DNA of 64,000 nucleotides from an uncultured candidatus Porisulfidus sp. (GTDB lineage Bacteria; Pseudomonadota; Gammaproteobacteria; Poriferisulfidales; Poriferisulfidaceae): NCBI GenBank assembly GCA_965116525.1, contig OZ220694.1, positions 407,490 to 471,489 of the forward strand, read 5' to 3'. Shown piece by piece: positions 58,049 to 64,000 of this stretch (position 1 is its first letter; each line of letters starts with the position of its first letter). The notes under the pieces were generated by a model. It saw only the letters and a program-made list of their open reading frames with translations, ran no database searches and was not told where the DNA came from. The position numbers and the translations under genes were made by a program.

Positions 58049-58769
58049 GGGCCGCCTCCGCGTGGACCAGGGTCCCGACCGGCTCGCCGGCGATCAGCCG
58101 CAGCAGGGCCCCGTTATCAAACATGTTGAACACCCGGATCGGGACGCGGTTGTCCCGGCACAGGACCAGGGCGGTCGAATCCATGACCGCGAGCTTGCGG
58201 TGCAGGGCTTCGTCGTAGTCGATATGCTCGAAGCGCTGCGCATCCTGATCAATGAGGGGGTCGCCGGAATACACCCCGTCCACCTTGGTCGCCTTGAGCA
58301 GAATGTCCGCGCCGATCTCCACGGCACGCAGGCTGGCGGCGGAGTCGGTCGTGAAGAACGGGTTGCCGGTTCCGGTGGCGAACACCACCAGGCGGCCTTT
58401 CTCGAGATGGCGCACGGCGCGGCGCCGAATGTAGCTTTCGCAGACCTGCGGCACCGGGATGGCGGACATCACCCGGCACGAGACCTGGTGCTGCTCTACC
58501 GATTCCTGAAGGGCCAGCGCATTGATCAGGGTCGCCAGCATGCCCATCTGGTCGCCGGTGACCCGGTCGATCCCGGCCGCCTCGAGACCCTCGCCCCGGA
58601 CGATGTTGCCACCCCCCACCACCACCGCGATCTGTACGCCCCGAGCCTGCGCCTCGGCCAGGTCGGCGGCCAGACGGCGCACCGTGTCGGGGTCGATTCC
58701 ATTCCGGTTGGGGCCCATCAACGCCTCGCCGCTCAGCTTCAGAAGGATGCGGCGGTATGCGGCGGACAT
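58041..58769 (-). CDS. pyrH: UMP kinase
   Basis: [40 protein letters not shown] and KATKVDGVY. Confidence 0.97.
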
Positions 58770-58779
58770 GGCGGCGGAG

Positions 58780-59655
58780 TCAGTGCGTCTGGGCTTGGGC
58801 GCGAACTTCCTCGGCGAAGTTTTCCTGTTTCTTCTCGATCCCTTCGCCGACCTCGAGGCGCACGAACGCCCGTACCGAGGCGCCCTTCGACTTGAGCAGC
58901 TTGCCCACCGTGGTGTCCGGGTCGCGGACGAAAGGCTGGCCCAGCAGCGTGATCTCGGACAGGTACTTGCGCAACCGCCCGCCGATCATCTTCTCGATGA
59001 TTTCCGGCGGCTTGCCGGAGTCCTGCGCCTGCGCGGTCAGCACCGCACGCTCTTTCTCCAGGATGTCTTCCGGAACGTCGTCTTCGCCCACGCACACCGG
59101 GCGGGACGCGGCGATATGCATCGCCAGGTCGCGGCCGAGTTCAGGCTCGCCCTCGAACGCCACCAGCACGCCGATCCGCCGCCCGTGCAGGTAGCACCCG
59201 ATCGAGCCGCCGTCGGCGTCCAGCTGCTGCACGCGGCGAACCTGAATGTTCTCGCCCAATCGTGCCACCAGTTCCCGGCGTACTTCGTCGAACGTGCTGT
59301 CGTCGGTGGACTGACCCATCAGGGCATCGACCTCTTCGGTGCCCGACACCAGCGCCGCATCGGCGCAAGCCTGGGCAAACGCCAGGAAGCTGTCGTCCTT
59401 GGCGACGAAATCCGTTTCGCTATTGAGTTCCAAAAGCAATGCCCGGGCGCCGTCCTCCGACTTCGCGAGTGCCAGCGACCCCTCGGCCGCCGTGCGCGCG
59501 GACTTCTTGTCCGCCTTCATCTGTCCGGACGTGCGCAGGTGTTGAATGGCCGCGTCGATGTCGCCGCCGCATTCGCCAAGCGCGCGCTTGCATTCCATCA
59601 TGCCCACCCCGGTCCGGGTGCGCAATTCCTTGACGAGCTGTGCCGTAATCTCCAT
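58780..59655 (-). CDS. tsf: Elongation factor Ts
   Basis: [40 protein letters not shown] and F.RLEVGEG. Confidence 0.97.
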   Translation of the reverse strand: MEITAQLVKELRTRTGVGMMECKRALGECGGDIDAAIQHLRTSGQMKADKKSARTAAEGSLALAKSEDGARALLLELNSETDFVAKDDSFLAFAQACADAALVSGTEEVDALMGQSTDDSTFDEVRRELVARLGENIQVRRVQQLDADGGSIGCYLHGRRIGVLVAFEGEPELGRDLAMHIAASRPVCVGEDDVPEDILEKERAVLTAQAQDSGKPPEIIEKMIGGRLRKYLSEITLLGQPFVRDPDTTVGKLLKSKGASVRAFVRLEVGEGIEKKQENFAEEVRAQAQTH

Positions 59656-59678
59656 GAATGACTCCTTGCTCCGGTGCC

Positions 59679-60818
59679 TTACTTGGCGTCTTCCGCAACT
59701 GGCTCGGGCTCCGCCTCGTCAGCCGGTTCCCCTGCCGCTTCGGCCTGAGGCTCTGCCTCGGCCGGTTCGGTGGGTTCAGCCGAGTCCTCTGCCGCTTCAG
59801 CCTGAGCTTCCGCTTCGACGGGTTCAGCCGAATCCTCTGCCGCTTCAACCGGGGCTTCCGTTTCGGCCGGAGCTTCCGCTTCGGCGGGTTTAGCCGAATC
59901 TTCAGCCGCTTCAGCCGAGGCTTCCGCTTCGACCGGTTCAGCCTGAGCTTCCGCTTCGACCGATTCAGCCGAATCTTCGACCGGGGCCGCTTCGGCCTCG
60001 GGTTCCGTCTCGCCGGTGGCGTCCTCCGCCTTCGGCTCGTCCTTCGATTCGACGCGCAGCTTGGCCCGTCGGCCCTTGCGCTTGACCGAAGTCTCCCGGG
60101 GAGCTGGCGCTTCCACCACAACCCCTTCTTCCTCGGCCTGCTTGCGCCCGGCCTCGATCGCGTCGCTGATCACGTCCATGTAGAGCTGAATCGAACGGAT
60201 CGCGTCGTCGTTGCCCGGAATGATGCGGTCGATGCCTTCGACCGAGCTGTTGCTGTCGACGATCGCAACCACCGGAATACCCAGGCGCCGAGCCTCGCGT
60301 ACCGCGATGTTCTCGTACCGGACGTCGATCACGAACAGGGCGTCCGGAATCCGCTCCATCTCCTCGATGCCGCCCAGGCTGCGCTCCAGCTTGATCTTTT
60401 CACGGGTCAGGCGCAGCGCTTCCTTCTTGCTGATGCGCGCCATCAGGTTCTCGCCCTCCATGCGCTTGAGGTCCTGCAGGCGCTTGAGAGAGTTGCGCAC
60501 GGTGTGGAAGTTGGTCAGCGTCCCGCCCAGCCAGCGCTGCGAGACGTACGGCATCCCGCACTCCTCGGCCTTGGCCTTGACGATGTCCTGCGCCGCACGC
60601 TTGGTGCCGACGATCAGGATCGTCTTGCCCTCGGCCGCCCACTGGCGTATTTGTCCGGCGGCCTCGTCCAGCATGCGCTGGGTGATTTCGAGGTTGATGA
60701 TATGGATTTTGTTGCGCTCGCCGAAGATATACGGCGCCATGCTGGGATTCCAGTACCGGGTCTGATGTCCGAAGTGGACACCGGCTTCCAGCATTTCACG
60801 CAAGGTGGCACACGGCAT
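59679..60818 (-). CDS. rpsB: 30S ribosomal protein S2 with a long acidic C-terminal extension
   Basis: [29 protein letters not shown] and [12 protein letters not shown]. Confidence 0.97.
   Translation of the reverse strand: MPCATLREMLEAGVHFGHQTRYWNPSMAPYIFGERNKIHIINLEITQRMLDEAAGQIRQWAAEGKTILIVGTKRAAQDIVKAKAEECGMPYVSQRWLGGTLTNFHTVRNSLKRLQDLKRMEGENLMARISKKEALRLTREKIKLERSLGGIEEMERIPDALFVIDVRYENIAVREARRLGIPVVAIVDSNSSVEGIDRIIPGNDDAIRSIQLYMDVISDAIEAGRKQAEEEGVVVEAPAPRETSVKRKGRRAKLRVESKDEPKAEDATGETEPEAEAAPVEDSAESVEAEAQAEPVEAEASAEAAEDSAKPAEAEAPAETEAPVEAAEDSAEPVEAEAQAEAAEDSAEPTEPAEAEPQAEAAGEPADEAEPEPVAEDAK
59730..60005 (-). repeat. Imperfect tandem repeats encoding the RpsB tail
   Basis: Recurring peptide units EAEAQAE / AAEDSAEP with recurring DNA (GCTTCCGCTTCG, TTCAGCCGAATC). 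Confidence 0.7.
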
Positions 60819-60829
60819 TGCGGCCCTCC

Positions 60830-60945
60830 TGATAGCGACTCCGGGTTGTCAGGTTCCGAAGCCTTGCGGGTTGTCAACTTGCCCGAACCCCTTGCGGTAA
60901 CCCTGGGGGCACCCACCGCTCGTGTCGGTCCGGACGTGAATTTCG
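60830..60945 (-). ncRNA. rpsB 5' leader (t44-like cis-regulatory RNA)
   Basis: Directly upstream of rpsB; minus strand CACGT..CGACAC...GGGTGCCC and ACAACCCG resemble the gammaproteobacterial t44 leader. Confidence 0.45.
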
Positions 60946-60966
60946 CAGGTCAGCCTGCGAGCGCGC

Positions 60967-60972
60967 ATTATA
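60967..60972 (-). promoter_or_regulatory. rpsB promoter -10 with a GC-rich discriminator
   Basis: Minus strand TATAAT followed by GCGCGC. Confidence 0.6.
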
Positions 60973-60985
60973 GTCCCTTTTTTGT

Positions 60986-61360
60986 TTAGTGCGTGTCTTT
61001 CCGGTAGGCGCAATGCAAGCCGTCCGCCACCGTCGCAAGCCGCCGATCCCGCGTCCACAGCCGCATCGGCGGCGCCAGCGCCACCGCGGCCAGCAGGTGC
61101 AGGTCGACGTAACCGACACCGAGACCAGAAAGCCGGTTCCGCTCCAGAAAAAACAGCACTTCGGAATGCATCGCCACCGGCATTGCGGGAAGATGCCCAA
61201 GCCCCGACAGGATCTCCTTGCGGTCCTCGAGATTGCCGCAGGCGATCTCGCCGATCACGAAAGGGTGGATCCACACCTGGTGGGCGTCGAGCAGCCGCGA
61301 CAGCGTCTCGTTGCCGACGCGGAAATGCTCGATCCAGACGGACGTGTCAACCAGGATCAT
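60986..61360 (-). CDS. vapC: PIN-domain toxin VapC
   Basis: ILVDTSVWIEH, HPFVIGEIACG, G.G.VD.HLLA and LWTRD..L. Confidence 0.92.
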   Translation of the reverse strand: MILVDTSVWIEHFRVGNETLSRLLDAHQVWIHPFVIGEIACGNLEDRKEILSGLGHLPAMPVAMHSEVLFFLERNRLSGLGVGYVDLHLLAAVALAPPMRLWTRDRRLATVADGLHCAYRKDTH

Positions 61361-61550
61361 CGGCGAGGCGTCGGCGCGGAATGTCCGAGAGCCCCGGCTG
61401 GCTACCGCCCAGCCGCGCGAGCCGGCGCGCGCTCTCCCGCTCCACCAGCGCCGCCAGCGCCTCGCGGACCAGTTTCGACTTCGATTCGATGTTGGTGAGA
61501 AGCCGTGCCTGCGCCAGAAGGGTCTCGTCGATGTTCAGGGTCGTCCTCAT
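61347..61550 (-). CDS. vapB: Antitoxin VapB (RHH)
   Basis: MRTTLNID..LL..A...T....K..LVREAL.AL...E.ARRLA.LGGS; overlaps vapC. Confidence 0.9.
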   Translation of the reverse strand: MRTTLNIDETLLAQARLLTNIESKSKLVREALAALVERESARRLARLGGSQPGLSDIPRRRLADDPG

Positions 61551-61567
61551 ACGGGTTCCAGCTTGAA

Positions 61568-61596
61568 ATGATGTGATAATTATACATCATATGATG
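61568..61596. promoter_or_regulatory. vapBC promoter/operator palindromes
   Basis: ATGATGT-N9-ACATCAT (61568-61590) and CATCATATGATG (61585-61596), overlapping a minus-strand TATAAT (61579-61584). Confidence 0.65.
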
Positions 61597-61717
61597 CGTA
61601 ATTAGATGCAGATAGCCTGGTTTAGGCTAAAAGGCTCCGCATGTCCGGGACCGCACCCGCCGGGCGTTATGGCGCATAATATGACTTTCTACGCACCGTT
61701 TCCGGCCCTCCCCGACC

Positions 61718-62488
61718 ATGCCCGTCACCATCAAGACCCCTGAAGAAGCGGAGAAGATGCGCACTGCCGGGCGCCTTGCCGCGGAAGTGCTGGAAATGAT
61801 TGCCGAACACGTCAAGGTCGGGGTCACCACGGATGACCTCAACGACCTGTGCCACCGCCACATCACGGAGGTGCAGGACGCCATCCCGGCCCCGCTCAAC
61901 TACCTGGGCTTCCCGAAGTCCGTCTGCACCACGCTCAACCACCAGGTATGCCACGGCATCCCCTCCGACCGCAAGCTCAAGCGCGGCGACATCCTCAACA
62001 TCGACGTCACCGTGATCAAGGACGGCTTCCACGGCGACACCAGCCGCATGTTCCTGCTCGGCAAGCCGTCGGTGCAGGCCCGCCGGCTGGTCGACCTGAC
62101 CTACGAAGCGATGCATCGGGCCATCTGCATGGTGCGCCCGGGCATCCGCCTCGGCGACCTCGGCCATACCATCCAGAGTTTCGCGGAAGGCCGGAACCTG
62201 TCCGTGGTGCGCGAGTACTGCGGCCACGGCATCGGCCGCGAATTCCACGAGGAGCCGCAGGTCCTGCACTACGGCACGGCCGGTACCGGGATAGCGCTCA
62301 AACCCGGCATGACCTTCACCATCGAGCCCATGATCAACGCCGGGCTGCCGCAGGTGAGGCTGCTGCCGGACCAATGGACCGTCGTCACCTGCGACCACAG
62401 CCTGTCGGCCCAGTGGGAGCACACCATCCTGGTCACCGAGGACGGCTTCGAGGTACTGACCGCCCGGCCCGACGAAAGCTTCCCGTGA
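61718..62488 (+). CDS. map: Methionine aminopeptidase (type I)
   Basis: FPKSVCT, VCHGIP, NIDVTV, GDTSRM, CGHGIG..FHEEP.V.HY, TIEPMIN and AQWEHT. Confidence 0.97.
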   Translation: MPVTIKTPEEAEKMRTAGRLAAEVLEMIAEHVKVGVTTDDLNDLCHRHITEVQDAIPAPLNYLGFPKSVCTTLNHQVCHGIPSDRKLKRGDILNIDVTVIKDGFHGDTSRMFLLGKPSVQARRLVDLTYEAMHRAICMVRPGIRLGDLGHTIQSFAEGRNLSVVREYCGHGIGREFHEEPQVLHYGTAGTGIALKPGMTFTIEPMINAGLPQVRLLPDQWTVVTCDHSLSAQWEHTILVTEDGFEVLTARPDESFP

Positions 62489-64000
62489 GTGCCCGCCTGG
62501 TCCGCGCCTGCCTGGACGCGCACCCCCTGCCGCAGGGCTCCGACCCCGCAGGCTGGAAGCGGTGGACCGAAGCCACCCAGCAGTTCCTGTCGGAACAGTT
62601 CCCGGAGCGCGATGTCTCCGACCTGGTGCATGCGCGGTCCGATCTCATCGACCGGATGTTGCAGACGCTCTGGCATGCGCACCGGCTGGACGAGGCGGAA
62701 GACCTCGCCCTGCTCGCGGTCGGCGGCTACGGTCGCGGAGAACTGCATCCCTACTCCGACATCGACGTCCTGGTGCTGTACCGGGGGCGGCGCGCCCCGG
62801 AGAAACTCGGTCCGTTCTTCCAGGCCCTGTGGGACGGCGGGCTGAAGCTCGCGCAGAGCGTGCGGACGGTCCACCAGTGTCGCCAGGACGCCCGGGACGA
62901 CATCACCTTGATGACCAGTTGGCTCGAGATGCGGCACCTGTGCGGGGATCCCAAGTTCGCCCGCGACCTGGAGGGCAACCTGACCCCGCGGGTCGGACTG
63001 TTCCGGGCGCCCCTGTGGACCAAGGAGCAGTTCTTCCTCGGCAAGGTCGAGGAGCAGGAGTTCCGCCACCTGCAGTTCGGCGGTAGCAACTACCGGCTGG
63101 AGCCCAACATCAAGGAAGGGCCCGGCGGGCTGCGCGACATCCAGACCCTTCACTGGATTCTGAAGCGGCACGAGGACATCGAGAGTCCGTCGGACTTCTG
63201 CGAACCGGAGGAACTGGAACTGCTGCGCGAAGGACGGGAGTTCCTGTGGAAAGTGCGCTTCGCCCTGCACGAGGCCAGCGGCCAGGCCGAGGAGCGCCTG
63301 CTGTTCAACTACCAGTGCCCGATCGCCGAACAGTTCGGTTACCGCGGCGACACCGTCAACGACACCGTCGAGGCGTTCATGCAGGACTTCTACCGCACGA
63401 CCAGCGAAATCGACCGTCTTGCCGAAGTCCTGAGCCAGCAGTACCGCGAGAGCCTGCAACCCCCCAGCCGGAATGCCCCGAGACCCCTGAACGCCTACTT
63501 CCAGGTCCTCGACGGCTACCTGGAAGCCCGCGACGAGAAGGTCTTCGAGCGGCATCCGCAGGGCCTGCTGGAGTTGTTCCTGCTCCTGCAGCAGCACCCC
63601 GACATCAAGGGCGTCCGGGCGCGCACCATCCGGGCGGTCCGCGCCAACCTGCACCGGATCGACGACGCCTTCCGCGACCGGCTGGCCTCCAAAACCCTGT
63701 TCATGGAAATCCTGCGCCAACCCCAGCACGTCGCCCGGGAACTGCGCCGCATGAACCGCTACGGCGTCCTGCGCCGGTACTGGCCCGACTTCGCCAAGGT
63801 GGTCGGCATGATGCAGTACGACCTGTTCCACATCCATCCGGTGGACGAGCACACCCTGCGGGTGCTGACCGAACTGCGGCACGTTACCAAGCCGGACCAG
63901 GAAGGCGAGAACCCGCTCTACCACGAGCTGTTCCTGCAGTTCCCCAAGCCCGAGCTGCTGTATCTCGCCGCCCTGTTCCACGACATCGCCAAGGGGCGCG
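62485..64000 (+). CDS. glnD: PII uridylyltransferase GlnD (runs off the window end)
   Basis: My translation from GTG 62485 (GTGA overlap with map) gives LAVGGYGRGELHPYSDID, LEPNIKEGPGGLRD, MMQYDLFH, VDEHT and LFHDIAKGR. Confidence 0.95.
   Translation, partial: MSARLVRACLDAHPLPQGSDPAGWKRWTEATQQFLSEQFPERDVSDLVHARSDLIDRMLQTLWHAHRLDEAEDLALLAVGGYGRGELHPYSDIDVLVLYRGRRAPEKLGPFFQALWDGGLKLAQSVRTVHQCRQDARDDITLMTSWLEMRHLCGDPKFARDLEGNLTPRVGLFRAPLWTKEQFFLGKVEEQEFRHLQFGGSNYRLEPNIKEGPGGLRDIQTLHWILKRHEDIESPSDFCEPEELELLREGREFLWKVRFALHEASGQAEERLLFNYQCPIAEQFGYRGDTVNDTVEAFMQDFYRTTSEIDRLAEVLSQQYRESLQPPSRNAPRPLNAYFQVLDGYLEARDEKVFERHPQGLLELFLLLQQHPDIKGVRARTIRAVRANLHRIDDAFRDRLASKTLFMEILRQPQHVARELRRMNRYGVLRRYWPDFAKVVGMMQYDLFHIHPVDEHTLRVLTELRHVTKPDQEGENPLYHELFLQFPKPELLYLAALFHDIAKGR

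Noticed and set aside
59730-60005. Repeated DNA units as a possible CRISPR array
   Set aside because: The units are imperfect, in-frame within rpsB and have no unique spacers; no cas genes are present.

Overview
A GC-rich gammaproteobacterial chromosome segment, mostly conserved housekeeping gene order: nadB / rpoE-rseA-rseB-mucD-lepA; yrbG-kdsD-kdsC-lptC/A-lptB ... hpf-ptsN-rapZ-EIIA-HPr-ptsI-mgtE; glnD-map / rpsB-tsf-pyrH-frr-uppS-cdsA-dxr-rseP-bamA-skp-lpxD-fabZ-lpxA ... rnhB-dnaE-accA-tilS ... pyrG-kdsA. Visibly AT-richer accessory inserts interrupt it at gene-order breakpoints. (1) A defence island at 1-6.7 kb, open at the window edge: Eco47II-like C5-MTase/REase, Vsr, an Mrr_N-DUF3883 fusion, and a co-oriented trio of ParB-like/HEPN-like protein, Dam-type MTase and UDG-fold protein. 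(2) A solitary PD-(D/E)XK-like nuclease gene at 16.3-17.8 kb next to a eukaryote-like steroid 5-alpha-reductase. (3) A cassette of three secreted repeat proteins (one 8x EF-hand, two ankyrin) sitting where rpoN normally lies, between lptB and hpf. (4) A small TM/coiled-coil gene coupled to a HigA-like XRE gene behind a TTGACA-N17-TATATT promoter carrying a perfect palindrome; a paralogue of the small gene lies between mucD and lepA. (5) A vapBC pair between rpsB and map. Core-gene oddities include an in-frame LptC-LptA fusion, a gnnA-gnnB-lpxB block inverted relative to lpxA/rnhB (predicting a diaminoglucose lipid A), and a long acidic repetitive tail on RpsB. No tRNA, rRNA, CRISPR array, integrase or transposase was recognised. 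All calls come from motif recognition by eye; no database searches were run.
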